Translations under genes and position numbers: made by a program
In this document: piece by piece, positions 49,890 through 62,496 of the stretch
Numbering within the stretch: the stretch's first letter is position 1
How the letters are laid out: each line of letters begins with the position of its first letter
Assembly: GCA_020137815.1 (NCBI GenBank)
Contig: CM035353.1
Location: 7,316,001 to 7,380,000 of the forward strand
DNA length: 64,000 bases
Source of the DNA: Hormiphora californensis
Taxonomy: Eukaryota > Animalia > Ctenophora
Direction: 5' to 3'
The notes under the pieces: generated by a model
What the model saw: only the letters and a program-made list of their open reading frames with translations
Told to the model about the DNA's origin: nothing
The model's database searches: none

Positions 49890-51407
49890 CCGTGTGGGGC
49901 AATAAAATGCCCCCCCCCCCCCCCCCCCCAAGTCTACCATAGTTCCAGATATCGTGGAGCGCTAAAATTTGGTTCAGTAACTCTAACACAAATAAATAAC
50001 TTGACCAAAATTTCAGACCTCTAGCTCAAAATTCATTTTTTTGATAGGAATGAACATTGTCATTCATTCCAGGAAAAAATATTTTCCGGTTCAAAATTTA
50101 ACCAATTATGTTTGGCTATCGATTAGCTTTCCAATGTGACCAAGATCAGCTAAATTGGACAACCACAAGAGACACAGTGTCATGTTTCTTAAAGTTAGTC
50201 AGGTCATGTGATCTTCACTGAATCGTTGATCGTGTTCAGTATTACGAATTGGTCTAAGTGGTAGAGAATCTCGTATCACATCTGCTAATGAGGGATGACG
50301 ATGCTGATTGGTCATGAGATCTGTAGCTCTTTGATAAATGTCCTTTTTCCTCGAATCACATCACCCTGTATTGGTACACATACCCAATTAGCGGCCATGA
50401 TACGAGATTCCTTTGCCCATTGACCCGATTAGCAATCCCGGAAACTCAACGATTCGGTGAAGATCACATGACCTGACTAACTTAAAGCAACATGACACTG
50501 TGTCTCTTGTGTTTGTCCAATTTAGCTGATCTTGGTCCCATTGGAAAGCAAATCGATAGCCAAACATAATTAGTTAAACTAGTAAGCCCGCTCGCCCTAC
50601 GGGCGAATGTCGGGGATGGTCATACAGTAAACTAAGCAAATAGTGTAGTATCATTTGAAATTTTTAAAATCAGTAAATTTATCAGGTAAATTAACCACAG
50701 GGATTCTTTCGACAGAAAATCCACGGGTCCTCTTTTGGCAGGTCCTATTGTATTTTATGAAGGAGCACATTTACAAAATACTTTCACGTATTACTGTCAT
50801 TTCTTATTAGTGCCATTGATACTTTGTTATTACGTGTGTTGACAACATTTTTTGAATAATAATCACCTCTTTTGTAGGATTCTATCACGTAGTCTATAGG
50901 TGTCAGCGCCAGTTTGGGACATATATGGCTCCTCCAAACTCGCTGGCGATTGTGTTGAAGTTGAGTAGTCATGTTCACGAAACGTGGTGAACAGATCAAA
51001 TCGAGCAAACGATCAATCACACAACCGGCAGAGAGATGAATCAAGGATGCACGTGCAGTTTAAGGCTCAAGCTGGCAGGTTGCCAGGGTCCCTTTAGGGA
51101 CAACACGTGCAAAAGGCCATTTCCAGGAATTTTTTGCGTGGCACTATTTGCCATATTTGGTTAAAAAAACGGGACATGGGATTTCCCTATTTGCTTTAAT
51201 AATAGTATGATTTTGGACCGGAAAATATTTTTTCCTGGAATGAATGACAATGTTCATTCCGATCAAAAAAATGAATTTTGAGCTAGAGGTCTGAAATTTT
51301 GGCCAAGTTATTTATTTGTCTCATAGAATTACTGTACCAAATTTTAGCGCTCCACGATATCTGGAACTATGGTAGACTTGGGGGGGCATTTTTATTGCCC
51401 CACACGG
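49890..51407. mobile_element. pogo/Tc1-type palindromic MITE
   Basis: TA|CCGTGTGGGGCAATAAAA...TTTTATTGCCCCACACGG|TA; long arms, with the right arm interrupted by a Helitron. Confidence 0.88.
50579..51210 (-). mobile_element. Non-autonomous Helitron (632 bp)
   Basis: Minus strand reads A|TC....hairpin (CGCCC-GTA-GGGCG)...CTAG|T with no TSD; the empty site is given by the MITE's left arm (~50095). Confidence 0.9.
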
Positions 51408-51867
51408 TATAGTGCGCTCAGATCAGGTCGATGCCGCCAGACAGGTAATTGAAAGGCATGGTGTTAACACTATAGTGACTATAGTGACTATTAGATGTGC
51501 AGTGCACTGTGTAGTAGTGTGGCTGAGGTTGAAGTAAATTATTTCACGTTGTGTTTTAGTGTGAAGGCGTGTTTTTATTATTCAAGGTTCCAATTCCTGG
51601 TTAGATAACGACTTTTTCGCAGTTTTACAGCAAACAACAGTTAGCACAACTCATGCATGTAAATTGAATCACGACTTGATCATTAGCTAATAAATATACT
51701 GCTGCCAAGTCCCAAGTCCCGGCGTTTACAATTGCTGGACCCTCTTCGATCGGTTCTCCACGCGACGAAAGAAGAGTTAGAACATGAACAAATATGTGTT
51801 TGTCATTTGCAAATGATATCGCTCTGATGACATATAATATCGTTCAGATAGTGTTAATTCATAGTAA

Positions 51868-52866
51868 GGGGATTTTAGTAAAAAAAGGGCCAAGTTTTCA
51901 GCAAAATTTTTAACAAGCTAATTTCTTCATCAATAGGTCCGGATAGGTGTCTAGTATCACCAAAAAAAAGTACACGATAATCGGAAGTGCGCACACACGC
52001 TGAGCGCGCAAGAAGTAAACACATGTAAATACATGTGTTTCTAGCCTGGCACGAAAACCCAAAAACCATCTTAGGAGACGAGTAGAGAAAAAATCAAGGG
52101 CACTAGATTGTGTAGCGTCCTCGCATTAGTGGGGGTAGGTGCTGGAATTAAGTCTCTCTCATCTGGTTAATTAGATAATTGGATAATTAGATATGCGCAT
52201 AACCGTATTTTGGCTATATGGCTATAGCTACTTAGGAATGGTTTAGAGACTTTTCATTGGTGCCATTTTGTTCAGAAAAAAATTTCAATCTAAGAGTTGT
52301 GGAAAAATTTAGAGCCTATCTCTTACCGTTTTGGCGTTATTTGCGGTCAAAGTATGCCAAATCAGCCGAAAATGCCAAAAAATTAGTTAATTGGCCTTCT
52401 TTGACTGCAAATAACGCCAAAACGGTAAGAGATAGGCTCTAAATTTTTCCACAACTCTTAGATTGAAATTTTTTTCTGAACAAAATGGCACCAATGAAAA
52501 GTCTCTAAACCATTCCTAAGTGGCTATAGCCATATAGCCAAAATACGGTTATTCGCATATCTAATTATCCAATTATCTAATTAACCAGATGAGATAGAGA
52601 CTTAATTCCAGCACCTACCCCCACTAATGCGAGGACGCTACACAATCTAGTGCCCTTGATTTTTTCTCTACTCGTCTCCTAAGATGGTTTTTGGGTTTTC
52701 GTGCCAGGCTAGAAATACATGTATTTACATGTGTTTACTTCTTGCGCGTGTGCGCACTTCCGATTATCGTGTACTTTTTTTTGGTGATACTAGACACCTA
52801 TCCGGACCTATTGGTGAAGAAATTAGCTTGTTAAAAATTTTGCTGAAAAAATATACTAAAATTCCC
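51868..52866. mobile_element. PIF/Harbinger (Tourist-like) palindromic MITE
   Basis: TAA|GGGGATTTTAGTA...TACTAAAATTCCC|TAA; ~480-bp near-identical arms. Confidence 0.85.
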
Positions 52867-52911
52867 TAACTATCAGCTCGAGATATCTGATATCATGTGG
52901 CACAGCTGTGT

Positions 52912-54836
52912 TCACAGGTTGAGTTGGTAGGCACAGTTGCGTTTCCCATTAAGTCCAATTAATTGTACCCTCCCTGTAAAAGGTGCCCCTGGCTTCTTCT
53001 CATAAAGTAGGGCGTGCTCTGTGTAGTGGCTGTTGAGGTGCTCCAACAGATCTTCTGATGTACTGAACCTACGGGGGTTGCCATGGTAACAGTAGGGGTT
53101 GCCATGGTAACAGTGGGGGTTGCCATGGTAACCTAGGGGTTATCATGGTAACAGGGGGGTGTCATGGTAACAGTGGGGGGTGTCATGGTAACAAGGTGGG
53201 TTGCCATGGTAACAGTGAGGGTTGCCATGGTAACAGTGGGGGTTACCATGTTAACAGTAGGGGTTGCCATGGTATGGTAAGATATTACCCGGGTGGATGA
53301 TATCACAACTCTGCTCTAAATGTGAAAACAGGTACATGACACATAATTCTAGCTGATACCTGTTTTTACAGAGTTCACATTGGTATCTTCTGATTGCTAG
53401 CAAGTCTCGTTTGGCATGGTGCCTAAATGTACTGATGCTGCTGTGAATCTTCTTCTTTTCTGCTTCCTTCTCTTCACTATTATGTAGGGATTAGAATGTT
53501 ACAGATGACAGATCATTCCTTCATACTCTAACTACCTAGTATAGGTATTAGGTATCCACTATCCCTCCTAGTTACCTAGTTACCCCCTAGTTACCTGATT
53601 CTAGTATAGGTGTCCCTCCTTAGTTACCTGATTCTAGTATAGGTGTCCCTCCTCAGTTGATCAAGATGCATCTCACGTAGCATGTGGGTTGTGGTAATGC
53701 TGGTGTCACAGTGCCGGTGGCAGGCAGGCAGGTACTGATCACACTCCCCACATCTCACATACTGATCTGTAGATACATGATAGTCAACTTCCTAAACAAT
53801 ACCTCTCAGAAGTTTTTACATTTTATACTTGGTTTTGAGATGTGGGGTAGCCTTGCTCGGCTCTCTCTCACCACATGTGTGAATGTCGGCTACCTGAGAA
53901 TAGAGAGGTGTGGAGTTGTTGGTGTCGTATTGTTAGAAACTCCTCATTGCAGAATCTACACCGTACTCCTTCATCAAGTATTTTATTGGCCACACTGAAA
54001 TCCTGATGGTTGCGGGCGAACATATTACAAAAACAAACTAAAAGTATTGAAGAGTTGATTCCTTCTCTCACGCAATACAAGTGTGTAGTGCTTGTTAGTA
54101 CATGTCAATCTGTCTCTTCAACAGAAGTTTAGATCACAGTACAATGTCAAGTGCTTGGTGAGTAACAACAACTATAGTGCACTAATCAAGTGATCATGTT
54201 TGAGAACTGTGCTGAACGCGATATGTAGTTGTAAAGGGGGGGGGGGTGTAATCCTTGACCACAGAACTTCTGTCAGAAGCCGATATTCCGTGCAACTACA
54301 AGTAGTATATAAAATGGTACCATTGGACCATATTGAAAAAGTTTATTTTTCATTTAAAAACCAAAACACAAGAAATTGTCTATCACGGGCGTGCAAAAAT
54401 GTGTTTGTCAACTACATAATATCACCTTGGTAGCATCAACGTAATGTTTCCGCACGTGAGCACTGAATATCTCAAAGGAAGAAAAGGTCTTCCCGCACAC
54501 GGAGCATTCATTCTCCCGGCGATGGTACTGCATGTGCCTGGAAATGTAAATACATTCAAGTAGGGGGAGAAACGGGGAGATGCTCTTTCAATCATCAACG
54601 GAGAAGTTGAAGAAGAAATCATTGTGTGTTTCTCAAGTTAACCGCAGCTTCCCAGCTCTAGGTAGTTAGTGAGAAACTACTTACAGTTCCATTTCTTTGG
54701 GGGAGTTGCATCTCCTTCTGCAAATCTCACAGGGATATCTGTAGAGGAACTCGGGGGACTCCGTAGATATGACCCCATAGAATGGTCGCAGGGACTCAAT
54801 CAAACCCCGAAAGGGATCTTCAGTGGTGGTGGACAT
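52912..54836 (-). CDS. Multi-exon C2H2 zinc-finger protein (missed by the ORF track)
   Basis: Exons 54836-54685 (MSTTTEDPF...YPCEICRRRCNSPKEMEL), 54538-54426 (HMQYH..ECSVCGKTFSSFEIFSAHVRKH), ~54002-53894, ~53765-53629, ~53480-53360 (YQCELCKNR), 53068-52912 (FSTSEDLLEHLNSH). Middle exons are uncertain. Confidence 0.75.
53073..53280. repeat. ~20-bp intronic minisatellite of GTTGCCATGGTAAC (RFX X-box-like palindrome)
   Basis: About 10 tandem units GGGGTTGCCATGGTAACAGT. Confidence 0.85.
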
Positions 54837-55820
54837 GACAAATCAAGACTGCAGGCGTTATTATCTAATTAGAATATTGTCTGAAATGCCAGCTAACAAA
54901 TGGACGTGCATATAATAAAGTTCGAAGGAATGAAACAAATCGCAAACAGTGGTGGGGTCTTTAAAAATAATAGCCGTATTTATTTGTCGGAAACTTCGTG
55001 CATCCGTGGAGGAAGATTTGACCACAGGACACAGCTGTACTGTAGAGATACACAGTATGTTGTGTGTAGAAATGTTTTGAGAAGTTTTAAAACTGGGCAC
55101 ATAGAACGGAGCAGAAAGATCACAGAGTGAAAGCACAAGGTAGCAGCTGAAATATTATCTTAGAATGAAGTGGGTCGTGTTAAACAGCCCTTGATACGAG
55201 TCATGCAATGCATTATATGAGGGAATTCACACGCATAATAATCAGCAGGTACCCCTCAACTAGGAGGTGGAGTATTCCTCTTAATAGAACACACTTTCTT
55301 CGTCCCAAAGATCAGAAATCAGCTATTCAAATACGTCCTTTTTCATTTCGACAATTTCGACAACCCAGGCCCCAGGGTTTACAACAAATTATTTACAAGC
55401 AAGGTGTTGATGTAGATAAATTCAATTGTAAAACACAGCACCATCTCTAATCTCAACGTAGCTTACATCTCAAATGTTTTCTGCGATACAATCATGATCT
55501 GGTCTATCTATAATATATGGACTATATGAAGTATCCTAAGCATCCTAATCAAATTAATTAAGTTTGTTTCCAATATCGATGGAAAGGGATATCTTTATCT
55601 TGTACAGCACACTCTAGCAGTTTTATCGGTTCACTAGGTGATACTGGATATTCAGTATTCACGCAATAACAAAAAGAGTTTATATCACTTACACACATTT
55701 GTTTGCAAAAAGACAAGCTGTTATATGTCACACTGTATCTCGCAATTCCACAATATATCTCTAACCAGTAAAGAATATATAGTGTTCTAACACAACCAAA
55801 TCTTACGCCATATTATGATA

Positions 55821-58753
55821 TTATCTTCCAACACCAACTTGTTTAGTTGCATTAGTTTTAATGTCCATTAGCTGGCTTCCCGTCAAGAACTCTTTTCCCG
55901 CCCTTTTCTCCTCCGCTTGTTCCTCATCCAGGCTCTTCAGTATACTATCAAGTAGAGAGCTCCTCATTGTATTCCTCGTCGTCGTAGTGGCAGCTCCTCT
56001 AAGGAACGGATTGGAAGCTACGTGATCATTGTCAGGGGTTTGAGGTGATGCGATCACTCCCCCACCTCCATGTGCATCCCCCTCAGATTTGACACTTCTT
56101 GCCTCCAACACATCTCTAACAACCACTCTATTCCATTTACTGCCACCCTCACTCAATGATCGGTTAATTGTCCGCTGTCTACTCTTTTGTAGCTGTCCAA
56201 TGAACTCTCTCTGCACGGTTGAGATACGTTGCGGCAAGACTGACATCTTCTTGGTGATGACCTTCATATTGTTATCAGCTGCTTCTCTATACAAACTGAA
56301 ACAGAGGGAAACCAGGGCTAGTCCTGCAGAGGCAAACATTAACACCCTCAACACCTCCATAGCTTGTGTAAAGTCCATTGATTGAGGTGTAACGTCCCCA
56401 AATCCTATTGTCCCATAGGTGATGATAGCGAAGTATATACTGTCCATGAAGCCAGTGACACTATCCTTATCTCGTATATGTTGTAGCATGGAAAATATAG
56501 CAAAGTGGACTATAAGAAATATTAGGAAGGTAACGGAGATGATGCAGATCTTCCCCACTATCTGGGTGTTTCTACTGCGTTTCCCGACCCTGAAGAACTT
56601 GTAAACACGTCCAGCGACGGTGTCACACTTGTTTAGAATCTGCATAAAGAACATGTTGATGATGGCAAGGTGGAGAGTCATGAGGGGGATTCCAATGAGG
56701 GCATAACCAATGCAGAATGTCCTCCCGTGAATATCATGCGGTGCCACAACTCCGTAACCTGGGAAATGATTTTGGGGTAAAAGCTGGGATGAAATTATGA
56801 TGTCAATTCCATACGGCATATACCTTCTGTAATCCATATAAGCGTCTGTAATTCGTAGTCGCCTAATTAGGTTTTATAAAAGAGCGAATAGTTTACGATG
56901 AGTTTCAATTAGACAACATCGCGTGGCCGCATAGCGTGTTTTCCACTAATTTTCTACAAACTGGCAACGTGTGAAGTTGACTCACAACACACACACATGT
57001 CACATACGCATCAGCAGAAACTGCACATACCTATTGTCGATATGACGGTGAAGGAAAAGGCAAAAGCATTCCAGAAACCCCATGCCTCTGAGGTTGATAC
57101 GTCATGGTCTTTACTACACCCCGATGTAATGAGAGCTGTCAGCTGCGCTATGTGACTTTCGTTCATCATCCTGTGACGACATGTTCGTTATAGAGCAATT
57201 AAAGGGAGACAACTATAACAATCGTTCCTGTATAGGAATTGTTTTGTCGAGCAAAGACTTGTGTTGTATGAAATACGACTTACTCGGTGTGTTCCAGGAA
57301 GTGCTCCCTCTGGTGCTTTAAATCTATCAGTTTCTTGTCCTCAGCCCTCCCTTCCAAATGCTGAAAAATGATATGTCTTGGTAGTTTGATCGGCAATGTT
57401 TCTATGAAAAGTAGCCCCGATGGATAAAAGGGAGAAATAACGACATAGGTTGTCGGAGCATTAGCCCTACTTTATTCTCAGCAAGCGAGAACAGCGTTCA
57501 GAGCATTTGCCTCACGTCGTATAAGCTGGACCCCCAGTACTAACCATGAATACAAAGGTGCCGATAATAACGTGTAAGCACAAGAGAAGGGGCAAGACTG
57601 CAGCTCTAATAAACAGCTTCCTGTTCTCAGACATTACTCCACTAGGCTCAACTGGGGGCGGGTTATCTGCAGGAGAGAGAGGGGATTAGATCAGGAAGAA
57701 AGCAGATGGCGTGTGTGAATGTGTTTGGAGAAACGTATTATGTGATGTCAGTAGAAAGACGAAACTCGAAAGTCGAAAGAAGAACTCAAAGATACCTGTG
57801 AAGCAACAGTTAGAAATACAGAATGGGAGAGGGTTGCAACTAAATAGATGTGTATAAGCGTTCTGTGGAAGTGTATGTGAGGTTCCATGTAATTCTTTAG
57901 ACACAGCCTATTTGGGGGCGTGCTCTAATTGGATACAAGTTACAAACAGACAACTCTATCTAGGGCTACTGCAGGTCTACTATACTGCAGCCTGTATGTG
58001 GTCTAACGCGTAAATGTAAAAAACGGCACCTAATCTCATTAAAGGACACGATATAATAGATTCTGTTGAACTACATTTAAGAGTGTGCGTTATAGAATCA
58101 TAATTATAACTAAGTTATACGGGTCCCATGTTTCTACACAGGATTCGATCAACCTCCTCCCTCTATACTACCACAGTATACCTACCTGTTACGATGGTGG
58201 TTCGTCTCGATAGCCAAGTAGCGCTGACGGAATCCATCGCTTCATCCTCATCTGAACTTATGTCCAGCCCCCTTAATTCCCTAAGATATTCCTCTTGGCC
58301 ACTGTTCCGTCTTGAGACTGCCGGCCGGTGGAGTTCTAAAAAAGGTTTGGGAAAGAGCAGAGGTGGAAGATGGAATTTAATTGGACGTCCCTCCAGATGA
58401 TCTGTTTCTTCTATTTCCTCTTCCTTTGATCCCGGTCCACCTGCACAGCTCCCTGCATCCTCTGGAAACTCAGTACGTCCTTTCTCTTGATCGCCACTTG
58501 TAGGGGACTTCATATCAGAATCTGAAAACTTGGTACTTGAGCCCTCAGAACTTGAGCCATCACTAGCCAGACCACTGTCGTTAGTGCTTGTACTGGGTGA
58601 CTGGTGGTCACTGTTATCGTTCTCTAGTTCTCTCAGCTGAAGAGATGCGAGACTTCGAGGATTCCCATTTTCTCGATTGGAGCAGAGCTGGGGGACCTTT
58701 TCAATGTGATGTTTCTTAGTGTCTTGAAGATGCTCGAAACTGAGTCTCGACAT
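55821..58753 (-). CDS. Two-pore-domain potassium channel (K2P/KCNK family)
   Basis: Exons 58753-58186, 57666-57545, 57360-57284, 57170-57031, 56758-55821; pore 1 WGFWNAFAFSFTVISTIG|YG, pore 2 SIYFAIITYGTIGFGDVTP; four TM segments. Confidence 0.92.
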
Positions 58754-60744
58754 ACTGGGGAGTGTACTTTTGTTTTATCTTCAATATAAAACTACCATGA
58801 AAAACGAAACGAATATTAAACACAAAAGTCTAGGTAATGTTTAATAATAAAGCCATATCATGCCCGGCCTAGAGATATATTTGAATCTTAATCACCTAGG
58901 CACTATTAGGAGTAATTGAGTTGTAATATAGAGTGGAACTGAACGTCTACATAATATGAAGGGAAGTAATTTGACGGTATATGATATTGAGACCGATGCT
59001 AATACAAAAATAGAAGGAGCAATAAATCTCATGGAAGCAGAAGTGTATTCGATGGAATAGGAAGAGACTGAGAGAGATAAGTTTGTATAGAAGGTACTCA
59101 TACTGTAATAAGTAGCACAATTATATGGTAAGTGATGTCAACAACAAAAGAAATTTATACATTGCAGAAATGCGCTCACAGTTATGAACTTCTACACATA
59201 AAGGAACTTCTACTGCTTCTATCCTTAGAAATTTGAAGTACGATAAAAATTTAGCGATGAAAATTTCGAAAGACGACATATATATAACCTAAGTTTTACG
59301 CAGAATTGATTAAAATTGAATGACGAATCAAAATAGACCAGGTAGAGTTCTAATTGAAACGTGTTTGATATTTGTAGCTTCATTCTTTGGAACAAGAACT
59401 CATGTGGGAACATGTGGGAACATGTGGGAACATGTGGGAGCCGGGAGTCGGAGGAATTAAAAAATTGAAAAGAAGTGAACTATTCGTGACTGTAGCACGG
59501 ACAGATCAATACAAATCATGTGTGTAATTGACAATTCATCTTATAGATCTTGAATGAAAGTATCTGGAGACACATCGAGATAGACTCTACCGATAGAAAA
59601 ACTTTTTATAGCAGAAAACCCAAAGAGAGGTCAGGCTATGTCATAGTGAGAGGATGCCCACAAGAAGAAATAGAGACTAGACATGGTGAGGGTCGAGGGA
59701 GAGCTACATAAGAAAGTACGTGATAGGCCTATAAACTGTCCAGGAAGTGAACTGTACACCGTTTACTGTCATGTGTCAATGCAGTATTGTGCATTCGAGG
59801 GAGTGAAATCTAATTTGACAAGTTTGAGTTCCGGCTGAATTAGTTCGGAATTCAATGTTGATAGAACTAAAGCTCGATGATATCGAGTGAAAGACTATGA
59901 TATGTAATTTCTGCTGCACTTCTTAATATGATAGACAATATTAAGAATCCGAGATCAATCAAAAAGAGCTAATGAATTTTCAGTATGGCAGACAGACTGA
60001 TAAATCGCGTACGTGTAAATTAAGATCGTATACTAAAACTACAGGCAGTATCGCCAGCCAATTACACCAGAACCAGCAGCCAATTGGTGTTGCAATATTG
60101 TTCACAGAATTATGTTTAATTTTCATTTCCTATAGGGTATTGCAGGGCATCTCATTAGGGATTGAGAACAGCACTATTGGTGCGGAATGTGAGCCGGAAA
60201 TGTGCCAGCCTGTGGAATATACTGCATGTGCAACTACAGCAATTTATAAATTAACCTTATCTGAAATTCGCCCTCCAGTGAAGGAAGAGGCTTCACAATG
60301 TTTATGCTTTAGTAACACGGTCGCTTGTAGTGGGAAAACGGTAATGGAAAACTGAGATACAGTAAGACGACGCACAACCGTGGCCAATCAGGGCGCTATA
60401 GTACGTGCTGAACACATGCACTTTTTGCCGCGCATTATGCAACGTGCGTGTCTCCTTACTGTATTTCTATTACGGTAATACGACTACAAGCAGCTCTGTA
60501 ACTGAGATTTAGAAACTCTTTGTTAACTCAGGATCCCAAAATTGACAAGTTCAATTGTACAACCAATATTGGTGTGCTAGAAGTAATGTAAAGTCGACTG
60601 TCGTACTGAAGAAAAGCAAAATTGGCAGCCTTTCTTATAAACGTTATGAAATAGAAATGGAAGCAATATATAGTACTCAGGCATTAATCGATATTGTTGT
60701 TAAAGTTTATAGACCCTCAAGAGAGATGATAGAGAGATGGAGGA

Positions 60745-60763
60745 AGAGAGAGAGCGAGAGAGA

Positions 60764-60846
<83 letters not shown>
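60745..60846. repeat. (AG)n microsatellite (others at 35207-35262, 41852-41923, (CA)n 48439-48522)
   Basis: Direct reading. Confidence 0.95.
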
Positions 60847-60849
<3 letters not shown>

Positions 60850-61334
60850 GGCGTACTCACTATTAAAGAATGATAATGAACAAGAAGTCTAGTTGATCGA
60901 GTGTAATCGAATCTTATAAAGAAATTAAAATCTGCAGCAAAATATAGACACCTCAAAAAGTGGATGGAGTGCAGTAGTATACAGCCATGAGATTGCGAAC
61001 AAAACAAATTGGAAAACCAGCGGTTTTATACCCGACTAAAATTTCCAACAGAAGCACTGGGGAATTGACCCTGAACATTAGTACCTATGAATTCGAGTAT
61101 ACCTAAATAACTTGCGTTTACTGGCGATAATCCGCTATCAATTATATTTCAGGTTAACCATATACTATTTTATGCACAATATTCGTGAACCACTTCCTCC
61201 ACTTTATTTTGAAATTATAACATGAGAGTACAAACGAAAATTTACTTCATAAAAACGCAATGGTTACTGTTAGTTTTGAAATTAAAACACATGCCTTATT
61301 TTTCCACATATGTATGAATATTCTTAGAAATCAA

Positions 61335-61380
61335 CTAGTAGGCCCGTTCGCCCTACGGGCGAATTTCGGGGAAATGGTAG
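61335..61380 (-). mobile_element. Helitron 3' terminus of the same family as 50579 (5' end not located)
   Basis: A|CTAGTAGGCCCGTTCGCCCTACGGGCGAATTTCGGGGA is nearly identical to 50579-50620. Confidence 0.75.
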
Positions 61381-62358
61381 CTGGATTAGGGAACGCTGAC
61401 ATCACCTGCACCATCCGTTCCTAGCCTATCTCTCACTTTCTCCCTACCCATGTTGTTGTACGCTCTGGGCTTCCTGACAATGTCAAGGGAGATCAATGTC
61501 AGGGAGGTACAGTGCTGTTCCAGAAACTCATCACGTGAAAACTTGGCCGCTATGTAGCCGATTCGGAGATTTCTATATTCGACTGGAGTAATCACCCTTG
61601 GGCGACGTTGGGTAAAGCTATCCGTAGTCGTTGATTGGCTCGCTTCAACACGTTGGCGTAATCTGTCATATTCTCTAGCCTGCTCTCTGACAGCAGCAGA
61701 TCTTCTGGACCCATATAACCGTTGCCGAATAGCGCTTGGGGTGGAAGAGCTAGACATCAGGACAGAAGTAAAAGAATGCACGTGCAGAATTGAATTTTCC
61801 CTTGGTACCCAACTGCAACCGGGAGAGAGATCTCCAGGTCCCTCTAATAATTGCACGTGCAAGTGTAGTTGCTAGGTGATCTCTGTCACACAATTTGCTT
61901 AGTAAGTAGTATGATTAAACAATGATTATCTAATTGCTAAATATGCTAAACTAAAGATCATGCAAATTACAAACAGCTAAGCGTGAGAAGTTTTCTTCAG
62001 AAGATCACAATTAAAACAAAACTTTTTAATTTTAAGCAGTAAAGCCACTAAAAAGTACGTAAACTCATAAGACCACAACAATTCGGACATTAAATTGATT
62101 AATGAGATATGTTATTTTTCTTTGGAACTATAAACACTAATGTAACACAAAATCTAATCCAGTGCAGTGTCAGTAATTAGTAATTAGTATGTACCAGTCC
62201 TGCAGTTTGCAGGAATATGATGTGCGGAAGAGTCTGAATAGACAACTCATAATATGTATCATTATATTAATATATGTTGTATCACTATACCACACAGTTA
62301 GTCACTGAGTTACATATATTAATTATATATCAATATGAATAGGACAATGGGGGGGGGG

Positions 62359-62390
<32 letters not shown>

Positions 62391-62496
62391 CAGAGACAGA
62401 GACAGAGACAGAGACAGAGACAGAGACAGAGACAGAGACAGAGACAGAGAGACAGAGACAGAGAGACAGAGAGACAGAGAGACAGAGAGACAGAGA
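62359..62496. repeat. (GAGACA)n microsatellite
   Basis: Direct reading. Confidence 0.95.

Noticed and set aside
51820-51850. CTGATGA motif as a possible hammerhead core (also 48633)
   Set aside because: No matching GAAA and stems found; 48633 is importin coding sequence.
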